Source: Carcharhinus longimanus | Taxonomy: Eukaryota | Direction of reading: 5' to 3' | DNA length: 64,000 nucleotides | Assembly: GCA_030264375.1 (NCBI GenBank) | Contig: JASCQW010000043.1 | Coordinates: 89,835,373-89,899,372 of the forward strand | In this document: one piece after another, positions 13,480 to 24,419 of the stretch | Layout of the letters: each line of letters starts with the position of its first letter | How positions within the stretch are numbered: position 1 is the stretch's first letter | The notes under the pieces: generated by a model | Told to the model about the DNA's origin: nothing | The model's database searches: none | Seen by the model: the letters and a program-made list of their open reading frames with translations, nothing else | Program-made: the position numbers and the translations under genes

Positions 13480-16100
13480 ACAAAAATGTTTTGAAATGTG
13501 TCATTTGGTGAACGCTCCCTTGCTGCCAAACGCCAAAAATGCCAGCTAACAAACTGCTAACAGCAATGAAAATACAAAAGCTCCTGATCTAGCTGCTTTA
13601 GCAAATGCACGTAGAGCTTTGCCTCCCCCACCATGGTGCATCCCGTGATTGTCTCACCACACATTCAAAGTGAACATTTATCTATTATTGAAACACGCTG
13701 ACTTTGCAATTAATCTAATCAGTACCATTTCTGCTGCTGCGGAATAATAGGTGGCTAATCGCAGTTAATGCAGTATAGTCAGCAAATCAAGCAGTTTCCT
13801 CATGTTGGGTCTTGCCTGCATACTGTTTAGTAGTCTGTAAACACCGCGGGAATGCGCAAAACGCACCACAAATGATGGCGCGCAAGTAACACCAGATGTG
13901 AACTTTTTTTTCACAAAACATCCTCTTTTCAACTCACATCACACCTTTAATAACATTATTTGTTAAACACGCGGGTTTGTGCCAAGGTGGCCTAACTGAT
14001 AATTTTCATTTGACTGTGAAGCATTTTGCCGGTGCTGTCACGATTTGACGCATTCCACAGTTTCTCTACCCCAGTGTGGTTTTGGAAGGATCCTTTTAGT
14101 GAGCCTGAACCCCAGCCCGCTCCTTCCTGCTGCTCACTGATAAACCTTGGTGGGACGCAGCTCACTCCCAGTGGATTCCAATCTCACAAGCATACCCCCC
14201 ACCACCAATTAACACTTCTTAAACATCATTTCTCTAATATGTATTCAAATGTGCCGCGTTCATCGTAACCATGACTACTGATCTTCGGCAAAAATAATCA
14301 TAGGACAGTGTGGATAGGTTTCCTTGTTTATCCGATGCTTTCTTTACCCTAAGATCTGCGCCCCCCCCCCTTTAAAAAAAATGAAACGATATTGATTATT
14401 TGGAAAGGCGTTCACGTGGTGCACTAGCGTCTTCTGGTAAGGTTATGGTGCGCTGTCTCTGAGCTCCCCTGAGATTTCAGACCTGCTGCTGCTGAAGGAG
14501 GATGAGGATGAGGCTGACTGACTGATAATGTGCATGTGTGTGAATGCTGCCTGCAGTCAGTCTCCCGGAGCTCATCCTGATGGCTGGACCGCAGCAGCAG
14601 AGTAGGAGAGAGGACAGGACATCACCCTTAAAGTCTGCCTGTTACTACTGAACATCGCGGTAAGAATATATATTTCATATAAAGTGCATGAGATTAAAGT
14701 CTTTGGAAATGTGCGGACTCTCAGGCACACGTGAACGAATTACTTTATCCAGGGATGTGTTTTGTTTTTGCACCTTCTACCGTTATTGTAACGGGATCAA
14801 ATCGACCAGATTTACAATCGATTTCACTCACGGTTCTCCAGCCCCAAGTCCAGATGGGAACATTTGATATTGTTACAAATTGACATTAGGAATCGGTGAG
14901 CGTTGCTGTTAACCTCCTGACGGAGTCAAAACAAGGTTTTATTTTTTTTAATGTACAGACTACATTAGAAAACATCAATATGTCGTGAGCTGCACCTTTC
15001 AGCAAAAGCCTGTAAACATTGCAGTGAAATAATGTTGTCTGTAAGACTGTATCTGTCATTTACCCATTCCCTGGAGTAGAGAAAGCATTTGCTTTGCATC
15101 CAATTACCCTTCAGGCTGCGGGACTCGGCTCCGCTCTCAAGATACCAAACTGTTTCTTGAATAATCGTCTCGCAGGGATTAGTGCAGCATTTCTGATGTT
15201 CACAGTTTGATTTGATCCTCCTCTGCGCCTCTGATCTCCCCGTTCAAAGACGGAAAGGGCAAAAGGAGCTGTCCTTCTGCTGTGACCTGACTTAAGGCGG
15301 TAATCGGCTCGCCCCTGATGGTCAGAAGCAAATTTGATCTGAACGTAAAACAAAATAATATCGCAACAGCCCGCGCTCCGTGTGGGCTGTTTGCATTTTC
15401 AGAGAAAGAAACGGAGTGGAAACGTTAACTCTATTTTTTTCTCTCTCCAGGTGCTATCAGACCCGCTGAGTTTTTTCCCCCAGCATTTCCTGTTTGTGTT
15501 ACAGATTCCAACATCCGCAGTGTTTTGCTTTCATGTTGTCATTATCTGTCCGTATTTACTCAAAGGCACTGCCGCTGAAATTGTCCTGCTTCCAGTGAAG
15601 CGTTACAAGTGTTTTTTTTCCTCTCTCTCCCTCGGAGTTGACGTGACTGCGTCTGGTGCTGCTGCCGGACTTACTTGCCTTTGGCGGGCTGCAGATTCCC
15701 TCTTTGCCACCACCACATCTTGCCCGTGTGGACATTCTTAAATCCTTGGGCTGAGGTGATGAGAGAGTTAACTGATCTATAAAGGCCGTTGCAGTGGATC
15801 CTGATCTCTCCTCTCGCTGTATTTACCAGCAGGGGGGTCACTGGACTGTGATTAAAGGCCAGAACCTTGGCTCTTGTCTCTTTCCCCTCCCTTTCTGTTT
15901 GTATGGCTCAACACCACAGAGGAGGCTGACTTTACCCGGAGCACCAGCCAGTCAGACAGCGGTCGCCTGTAGCTCCTGGTAATGTAGATAGAGTAGCGGC
16001 ACCCTTTTGTATTTTGAAGTAAATTTTGATCACGTCTAGCTCCATTGCATGTGGGGTTTTTTTGTTTCAAATTAGCCTGTTCTACATCTGCTTTATGTTC
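13480..16100 (+). promoter_or_regulatory. CpG-enriched, repeat-free promoter/5' region of SLC24A2
   Basis: Visibly more CpG than flanks (ccgcgg, tgcgca, ggcgcgc, cacgcggg); CACGTG E-box at 14413-14418; no recognisable repeats; lies directly upstream of the coding exon. Confidence 0.65.
14460..14659 (+). other. SLC24A2: Putative non-coding exon 1 of SLC24A2 (start approximate)
   Basis: Strong donor cgcg|gtaaga at 14659/14660 inside the CpG-rich region; mammalian SLC24A2 has a non-coding first exon upstream of the large coding exon. Confidence 0.5.
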
Positions 16101-16173
16101 AATTAAAACTCAAGGTTTGTAAACTGGTGTTTCAATAAGCTCTTTACATTCAGTCTCACCTTGTTTCCCGCAG

Positions 16174-16351
16174 GATATTGAAGCTCACATCACCTCCACC
16201 AGCAGAAGAAAAGACTCATTTTAAAAGTTACTAATTTTCTTCCCAGCGTCATGAAGACGAATAGTGTATGAAGAACATATTGCTATCAGTCAAGTTTAAA
16301 AATACTGAGGAAAAAAAATCCCTCCCACTTCATCTAAAGTAAAGGCCAACC
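16174..16351 (+). other. SLC24A2: 5' UTR part of the first coding exon of SLC24A2
   Basis: Branch-like ctcac, pyrimidine tract and acceptor ttgtttcccgcag|gat at 16173/16174; in-frame TAA at 16340-16342 upstream of the ATG; Kozak gccaaccATGG. Confidence 0.65.
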
Positions 16352-17293
16352 ATGGATTCCAAAAGCTTGAAGAGTGAGGCAGTGGAGCAGGGTGTTTGGT
16401 GCAGGGGACAGCAACTTTCTTCGGCGGGCCGGGCATTCCGAAGGCATAAGCAGCAAATGATGAGGAAGCTGAGGCTCCCGCGGATTGTGGGCTTTTCCCT
16501 GGGTCTGTTGGCGCTCTGCGCCTTTTCCCTCCTTTTCAGTGCCTTCGCCTGCACGTCAGCCAACCGAGAGGCCCCCCAGGTTAAACGCAGAACTCTGCTG
16601 GGGTTCGAGGAAAAGCAGAAATTTTCCAAGCTTCAGAACTACACCCCCAAATCTGACCTCACTCCAAAGTACGAAGTGCAGGCAGCCACCCTCTCCTTCA
16701 ACAACGACACGGGTGGAGACTATCCTCGCGATATCTTTTCGCTGGCTCAAAGAAGGAAAGGAGCGGTGGTCCTCCACATCTTAGGCATGATTTATATGTT
16801 CATAGCCTTAGCCATAGTGTGCGATGAATTTTTTGTACCCTCATTGGCAGTTATCATTGATAAGCTGCAGATTTCGGATGATGTGGCAGGGGCAACTTTT
16901 ATGGCGGCTGGTGGGTCAGCGCCAGAACTCTTCACTTCTTTAATAGGAGTTTTTATATCTCATAGCAATGTTGGGATTGGGACCATAGTGGGCTCTGCGG
17001 TCTTCAACATCCTATTTGTAATTGGGATGTGTGCTGTATTCTCCAAAGAAATCCTGCACCTCACCTGGTGGCCACTGTTCAGAGATGTGACCTTTTATAT
17101 TATTGACCTGATTTTGCTTATCCTTTTCTTCCGGAATAATATCATCGTTTGGTGGGAGAGTGCAATTTTGTTGTTAGCCTATGGATGCTATGTGGTCTTC
17201 ATGAAATTCAACTTTGTGCTAGAACGATGGGTGAAAAAGAAGTTGAACAGGAACAAAGTGGTGGAGGCAACAGCAACAGAAAGTGATGAAAAG
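16352..17293 (+). CDS. SLC24A2: Sodium/potassium/calcium exchanger 2 (NCKX2), first coding exon: N-terminus, TM0, TM1-5 with alpha-1 repeat; 314 codons
   Basis: GDYPRDIFSLAQRRKGAVVLHILGMIYMFIALAIVCDEFFVPSL..ISDDVAGATFMAAGGSAPELFTSLIGVFISHSNVGIGTIVGSAVFNILFVIGMC..LTWWPLFRDV..NRNKVV. The short N-terminus with KLRL.R..G and RTLL fits NCKX2 rather than NCKX1. Phase-0 donor AAG|gtacag at the position equivalent to the human exon end. Confidence 0.95.
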
Positions 17294-19940
17294 GTACAGG
17301 CATTTAATTTTTAAATTGATTATAACAGAGTTTAAAGAATTGCCCTCCCTGGTGCCAATGGGCCTTGTGTGAGGACGGCAAGACTGGACTTCCAGAGTTA
17401 TGAGATTTTGCAATTAACGAAGAGTAATTGGTGAACTGAGAATGAGCCTCTGTGTTGACAAGGATATAAATTTTGTAATAGCCAATGTTATCATTTTTTT
17501 AAATATGTGGAGCACAATTTCCACATGTCTGATTAAATCCTTCAGTGTATGGATGATACTTTTGGCCATAGTGTGACATAAATTTTGTATTCAGTCTATG
17601 CCCTACCACAGAAATCTGTCTAGCCGTAAATTCAATGTTTGGATTTGGGCACATTGGTATCAACAATAGGAGCATGACTAAAGCAAAAGCATTGTCAAAT
17701 TATCAGGCCGTGCGACTTGCTGTAATTTTGACTAGTTTATTGTTTATACTTGGTAGGTGCTCAAAAATTGAGATGAGCCATGAATAATTAGCTACAATTC
17801 TCAGCAAGTCATTTAAAAACAAATATAACCATCACTGGAATTTTAGCCAAGTGGTCCACTTCTTTAGAATAAATGCACATTTGTGTTTGAGAAGTCAAAG
17901 CTACATTTAAAAATTCAGAATAATGGAAATGGGATTATTCTACACTGTACTTATTGATCACTTGAAGGCCACAATGTTGCACTGCATAGGAAATGTCAGA
18001 AAAATCACACTGATATGGTTGAGAACAATCCATTTCTAGCATAGGCTCAGGATAAGGACGTTAGAGCAGTATAGGGGAGCTCTAATTTTGATCTGTTGTA
18101 CGGTATTTGAAGAGGATGGTTGTTCCTAATTTAGGTTTGCCAAAATGGTTTAATTTCCAGCACTGAAATAACTTTTGGCATGTAATTCTGCTTTATCAAT
18201 TGTTAACTTTTTAAAGGAAAGGAAGCTGTAGTTTCTCTTTTTGTCTGTCTTTCTTTTGTTCTTTACAGATGAATCTTTTTGAAGGGGTTGTGCATTTATC
18301 AAAATTCATCTGCACATATTAACCCTTTTCTTGCAAAACTTGCCTGGATTGAGACCTGATCAAGTTAGAACGATATGTACATAGAATGTTGTCACAGAAG
18401 CTAACCGTTTGAAATGCACATGAATTTTAATTTTACCATTTTTGGCAAGAATAATGTTCCTGTCCTCTGATCTCTATGCTCTTCCAGGCTTTAACTCTTA
18501 AGCTTTTGAGATGCAGGTGATTCTCTGCATTTTTCCATCCCTCTTTGAACAGAAGTACTTGTTCCCTGCTCGCTAGCTTGCCAGGATACTCTGGTTGAGA
18601 TATGTAACCTGGGAGACAATCCACATATACATTGCTGCAAAACATCAGAGCTTTGAAACGTCAGTGGTATTTCCACACTCCTCCAATTCACATATTCTTA
18701 AATTATGGCTTGCTACAGTGTACACTGTTCTTTCATTAGCAAACTGCAGCCAACAGTTAAGAGCTCAGTTAATAAAGTATTTTAATATGGCCCTTGCCCA
18801 CCTTTTGAGTTTGACCCTTTGCACTGTTACACTGATGTAGTCAATATTAGCAACTTGGAGGGTGGTACAACGTATAGGTGGCCAGGCTAAAGGCAACAAC
18901 TTGAGCTTTGAATATTACTGCATGTGCAGTAAGTGTTTTGGAGAAAATTGCATGTTTGAATCTGTGCAGAAACATAATACGACGTGCGCGATGACATTAT
19001 TTATTGCGTGTTACTTATTACTTTGTTGGTGCAGTATTAAGAATTCAGCTGAGATGGGCTGACTTTGTGACGGTTGAAGTATGAGATTTTGACATTGGTG
19101 AGAACTATGCAAGTGGGCAAGGTCAGAGGCAAAGTCTAAATTAGTTGGGGGAATGGATTTGGAAATTAATAGCTCTCCCAAGGGCAAGGCTCTGATGTGT
19201 GAGGCACTGTTGGCTGTGTTAATATATTTAGAGGACTTCCTGTTGACTACTTGCACAATTCTGTATGTCAAAACATCTATGATCTAATTTGACTAGATCA
19301 GCTTTTTTTGTATTTTTAGAAATCCAAGGACTCAAAGTTGTACAGCATTTGGGAGTTTAACATTGACCAATTTAGATGGACTTGCTCGCCTAGTTGCTTA
19401 GGTTATGCTGAATTACAAAAAAAATCTCCAAGGGGAATTGCAGATCTGCCTGACAATTCAGCACACATCATCTGTTCAGAAGAGATTCTGCTGTTGTTGG
19501 TTCTACAGTGATTAATACCTTGAAATAAACATAAAATTGGTAGCACAAATCTCGAAGTTACTGGTTACTGAGCAAAATTTAATTCAGTACTGCTATCAAT
19601 CTACATTTGCATTTTCAACTTCTCTATGTTTTGTTCATAATTGTTTTCGTTTTTCAACATGCTTTTCTATTGTCAGAGGTGTCCATTATTGGCTAAACAT
19701 CTTTCTTAACAATTAGATTTGTTATATAATGATGGTCCATAGGTCAAATCATTATTAGCACTAAAATTGCAAATACCTGGATCGTCATTTGGGTGTGCCG
19801 GGTGATAAACAGTAGAAAAACCTTTGTTAACAGTATGTTGCGAGGCAGGAACACATTGAGACCCTCAGTTTACATTCAGCTACAGGAGTGAAGTTATGCT
19901 TTACTAATATCACCACTACCTTGAAATTTGATGTTGTGAG

Positions 19941-20278
19941 GGGCACAGTGGTTAGCACTGCTGCCTCACATCGCCAGGGATTCAGGTTCGATTCCTGGCT
20001 TGGATCGCTGTCTCTGCGGAGTTTGCACGTTCTCCCCGTGTTTTCTCCGGGCGCTCTGGTTTCTTCCCACAGTCCAAAAATGTGCAGGTTAGGTGCATTG
20101 GCCATGCTGAATTGCCCTTAGTCCAAAAATGTGTAGGTTAGGGGGATTAGTGGGGTAAATGCATGGAAATATAGGATGGGTGGGTTGGCGGGGGGGCGGA
20201 CCTGAGTAAAATGCTCTGTTGGAGAGTTGGTGCAGCCTCTGAGCCAAACAGCCTCCTGCATTGTAGGGATTCTATGAT
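19941..20278 (+). mobile_element. HE1-type V-SINE
   Basis: gggcacagtggttagcactgctgcctcac..ggttcgattcc..gtagggattctatga. Confidence 0.9.
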
Positions 20279-20399
20279 CCTACATATCATCGTCTGACGT
20301 ACTTATTCTGTGTATAATTAAGGACTGCTAACTGTTATTGCTGGTAAAAGCAGCAATGAACAACAGGCTTGCATTACCAAATCAAATGATGTGATGCAT

Positions 20400-20560
20400 A
20401 AACAGAAAATTCTGGAAACGCTCAGGAGGGCAGCATCTGTGAAGAGAGAAACCGGTCAACCTATCCAGTCAAGAGTTCTAATGAAAGTTTAATCATTAAT
20501 TTCCTTCCTCTCTCCACAAATGCTGCCTGACCTGCTGAGTGTTTCCAGAATCTTCTGCTT
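20400..20560. mobile_element. Palindromic Penelope-derived element (old copy)
   Basis: Left arm cagaaaattctggaaacgctcagg..gcagcatctgtgaagagagaa and right arm tctctccacaaatgctgcc..gctgagtgtttccagaatcttctg are reverse complements; same family as 42555-42759. Confidence 0.7.
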
Positions 20561-20624
20561 TTTAATTCAAGATTTCTAGTGCTTGGAATATTTCATTATA
20601 TATACTTGAAAGCCATTTGAGCAT

Positions 20625-20872
20625 CATTAGCATCCCTACAGTGCAGAAGGAGGCCACTCAGCTCATCAAGCCTGCACTAACAACAATCCCACCCAGGCTC
20701 TATCCCCATGACCCATATTTACCCCGCTTATCCCCCATCCCACTGACAGTAAGGGGCAATTTATCATGGCCGATGCACCTAACCTGCACATCTTTGGACT
20801 GTGGGAGGAGACTGGAACATCTGGAGGAAACTCTTTCAGACACAGGGAGAATGTGCAAACTGCACACAGACA
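20625..20872 (-). mobile_element. HE1-type V-SINE, 5'-truncated
   Basis: atccctacagtgcagaaggaggcc..cacctaacctgcacatctttggactgtggg..aactgcacacagaca. Confidence 0.85.
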
Positions 20873-21865
20873 CAGTTTGTTACATGCAGTAAGGAACTCA
20901 GCATCAGGAAGAGAATGAGCAGGCCTGAAGCATTATCCTGTCTCTAATATCACAATTCTTGAGCCACTATGCATGGTCAACATTTTTATTTAAATTTTGG
21001 ATTCCAACCCCTTCTCCATTTTTGGCTTTAAATATCTGATACTAAGACCAAAGACCTATAGTTATCAGTTATTTTGCTGTTGCTTTTATTTGGTGGTGGA
21101 GGGAGGAAGCATTCGGAGGAGGAGGATATCAAGTTTTTCAAGCAACTGTCCTTAGTTTCTATAAGGAAAGGTCTTTGCTATCACTTATGACCTTGATTTT
21201 TTTTAAGCAGGCATTTGCACATATTGGCCAAAAAAAGATCAATTTATAACATATCTAAATTATTCAATGTTGCTAGTTAGTGTCTTTGCGCCATTAATTT
21301 TGGGCAGAAATAGCTGTTCTTGCTCATTTCGTTTGCACCTCATTAAAGTGTGTGAAATGTAATAGAAGGACTGCTTTGAGGCTTATTTCATTTCAATATT
21401 TCACATTTTCAGGAAGAATTCTCCATTAAAACCGAATTGGCTATTCTTTAGATTTTCCCCATTAAAGACTGACCATTCCTTTAAATTTGTGGCTGCCGTC
21501 TACCAGATGTAACAAGTGGCCCAGATTTGAAAATATTTCCAGTAAATGAAAACTTTCAACCAACACTAGGCTATTTTTCCATTACACCTATCTTCTGTTT
21601 TTATTGATGCTGCAGTGTGAATTTTAACTGACGTTTCTGGTAACCGTTAAAACTATATAATTGAACATTTACTCAGCAACCTCCATACCATCTAACTGGA
21701 ACAAATTCTACCTTCCAGTGATGCTACCGCATTTTACAGGCCATTGCCTATAGTGGGCAAATCGTATTCGACCAAATACCCTTGTTGTAAAGTGGTGGGG
21801 ACAGGACAGAAGTTTCCAAATCTATTTGCATTTCCATTTATGCAATCTGTCTGGAAGCATCTCCT

Positions 21866-22218
21866 TTAGAAACCATAGAATCCCTACAATGCAGAAGGAG
21901 GCCATTTGACCCATCGACTCCTCCAACTCTGTGAAGAACATTTGTTCCCAGGTCTATCCCCCATCCTATCCCCATAACTCTGTACATTTACCATAACTAA
22001 TCCACCTAACGTACACATCTTGGGACAGCAAGAGGCAATTTAGAGTGGTCAATCCACCTAACCCGCATATCTTTGGACTGTGGAAGGAAACCAGAGCACC
22101 TGGAGGAAACCAAAGCAGACACTGGGAGGACGTGCAAACTCCACACAGTCAGCTAAGGCTGGAATTGAACCTGGGTCCCTGACGCTGTGAGACAGCAGTG
22201 CTAACCACTGCCACCCTG
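21866..22218 (-). mobile_element. HE1-type V-SINE
   Basis: catagaatccctacaatgcagaaggaggcc..ggaattgaacctggg..cagcagtgctaaccactg. Confidence 0.9.
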
Positions 22219-22819
22219 TTGTAGGCTTTTAAAAGATAGTTTGGCCTGCAGCCTGTGTTCAGTACGAAACTTGTTTGTTTGGCTCCCTCACACTGAGTCA
22301 CCCTGTGTCACACCCTAACAAATACCATCTAATTCCTTCCTGGGTTGAACTGCTTAAATTGGCTGAGGGAAGTGAAGGATTCAATGTGTAAAGGAGAGTT
22401 AAATGTGGTTTGGGGCTGAACAACACTAGGCAGGGAATTTGTGCAGAAACTCATGAACTTGGAGTGCTTTTCCCTCTATTTTTCATGGATCATGAAGTGA
22501 TCGTGATACTTTCCTGTTCCTCATCATCTTCTGCCACTGTTGCTAATGAAAACAGGAAAGAAGGGTAGGAAAAAAGAATTAGTGGCCATTACTGCTTTCA
22601 GAAGAGGATTGCTAATGCCTGTAGTGTTTGAGATACTAGGCTAAACAGTGTTCAGTCAGTAACTTGTGGGAATATGCTCTGGCATGCTAAGAACTGTGTG
22701 TTTCTCCATGAGCTCCAAAACCTTTTGTTGAAGAGGCTGTAGTATGCCCAAAACGGCAAAACAAGTTGATCAGAATGTTCTTTTGGGGGTGCGGGGGGGA
22801 AAGAAAGTCTTGATCCTTG

Positions 22820-23340
22820 GTTTTATACAATGAAGCATAAAGTAGAAAAACAAGTAGTTTCGCTACTGCGTTATAAATTACTGGCTAGGCTTCAACTGGA
22901 GCAACTGGTTCAATACTGGGCACCCCCACTTGGGAAAGATGTCACCTTGGAAAAAGTGCAGAAGAAGTTTGCTAGAATGAGACTAATGTGAAAAAACTGG
23001 GGGAGCTGAAATCATTCTCCTTGGATAAATCTCCTCTGATTTAAAAAGTATTCAAATCGAGGGGCTTTGATTGAGTACCTGGTGAGAAACTTTACCAATC
23101 ATCCTGACAATAAACAAAGGATATTTAAGGTAATTAAAAGAACCAGTGGCAAAATGAGAAGTTTGTTTTTGTTGCAAGTTGATGATCTGGAATGCCCAGT
23201 CTGAAAAAAGAGACGGGGGGGGGTGGATTCTGTAATTCTTTCCTTCAGAATCTGTGGACACTATGAGAATTGAAATATTTAATACTGTTAGACATTTTAG
23301 ATTTTTATAAGTTAGTGTATCGATGGATATGGAGATCAAT
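22820..23340 (+). mobile_element. Decayed CR1 LINE 3' end
   Basis: ttataaattactggctaggcttcaactggag..ctgggcacccc..ttggaaaaagtgcagaagaag (LY..L.RP.LE..W.P..LEKVQ.RF). Confidence 0.7.
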
Positions 23341-23890
23341 CATTTGAATGACATAAGGATTTCAAATGTGGATTTCGCAATTTGTGGTTAAAATTGCAAC
23401 ATAAATTAGTTCTAGCAATAAACAATTGCAGTTCAGGTAAACTAAATGATAAGTAAACTTTCTTGTCAGGAAATTGCGGGTTGGTGACTGTGACCATGAG
23501 GTCCAATCCCAATTGTGTATTGCTTTTCCATTGTTATGTTCAACTGTATTTGCTCTCTAAGCCAACAAGGACTTGGAAATACTAAGCCAATAAATTGGTT
23601 TTCACTGGCCCTAGAAGGGTATGTCCAATTTCTATGTTCTACCTGGTGATCTAGGCATGCTGTTTGGAAGAAGGCATAGCCCCAGAGTATTTCATAAATC
23701 TGTTCCTGCAAGCAGTACAAATCTACGAAGGAACAATGGCAAAGTTAAAGCTAATGCTGGAACAGCTCTTTACTTTCTCTTGTTGGCTACTCCTAGCTAC
23801 CTCCATCTGCCGTCCACTGTCTGCAGCTGAAAGGGAAGAAACAAAATGCCCCCAGGGAACAGCAATTGCTGTAATAGTCATTTGGTAGTA

Positions 23891-24290
23891 CTGCTGAAAA
23901 AAGTTGAAACTTTTTGTCTTGCACTCATCGCAATACTTTGCAAGAATACCGATGCAAGGGGAAAACCATTTATAGTTTGAGAAGAAAGTGCTGATTGGCA
24001 GGTGGACACTGGTAGAAGCACTGCCATGGGAACTGCACTAGAAGACTGACAGTTAAGTGCCAAACATTGCTTGAAATTTAAACAAGGCAGCATGANNNNN
24101 NNNNNNNNNNNNNNNNNNNNNNNNNNNNNNNNNNNNNNNNNNNNNNNNNNNNNNNNNNNNNNNNNNNNNNNNNNNNNNNNNNNNNNNNNNNNNNNACTGA
24201 CAGTTAAGTGCCAAACATTGCTTGAAATTTAAACCAGGCAGCATGACCTCACTTGGTCAAAGCATTGCCTCGAGGAATGAGTCAGTGAAT
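23891..24290 (-). mobile_element. Penelope-type terminal repeat with degenerate hammerhead motif
   Basis: Reverse-complement homology to 26445-26700; minus strand reads cgatgagtgcaagacaaaaagtttc at ~23906-23930; spans an assembly gap. Confidence 0.65.
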
Positions 24291-24419
24291 GTGCCTGTTT
24301 CAGCTCAACAACAGCCAATGTGTGCATCTGTTCTTTCTGTCTGCAAAGAACAGGGTCCTGAGTGTTAATGTACGCGGCTTCCAAATGTGCCACACTGAGC
24401 CCGACTGACAATCTTAAAA

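Noticed and set aside
14445-14500. REST/RE1-like gcgctgtc near exon 1
   Set aside because: Only the right half-site matches; there is no TTCAGCACC half at canonical spacing
17294-17314. ORF-track extension VQAFNF* suggesting a single-exon truncated NCKX2
   Set aside because: This is read-through into the intron; the AAG|gtacag donor matches the conserved exon boundary
18225-18290. Strong polypyrimidine tract and acceptor (ctttacag) ~1 kb into the intron
   Set aside because: Downstream sequence does not resemble the next NCKX2 exons and has no good in-frame donor; cryptic at best
19941-20000. tRNA-like A/B boxes in several places
   Set aside because: They are SINE heads followed by SINE bodies, not tRNA genes
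23664-23888. 74-aa ORF with a signal-peptide-like stretch (CWLLLATSICRPLSA)
   Set aside because: No recognisable family, no clear exon structure, and it abuts a repeat; likely a chance ORF
24045-24245. Direct duplications flanking N gaps (also 4858-4994, 43087-43245, 50007-50120)
   Set aside because: Near-identical sequence on both sides of fixed 100-N gaps indicates unmerged contig overlaps, not biology
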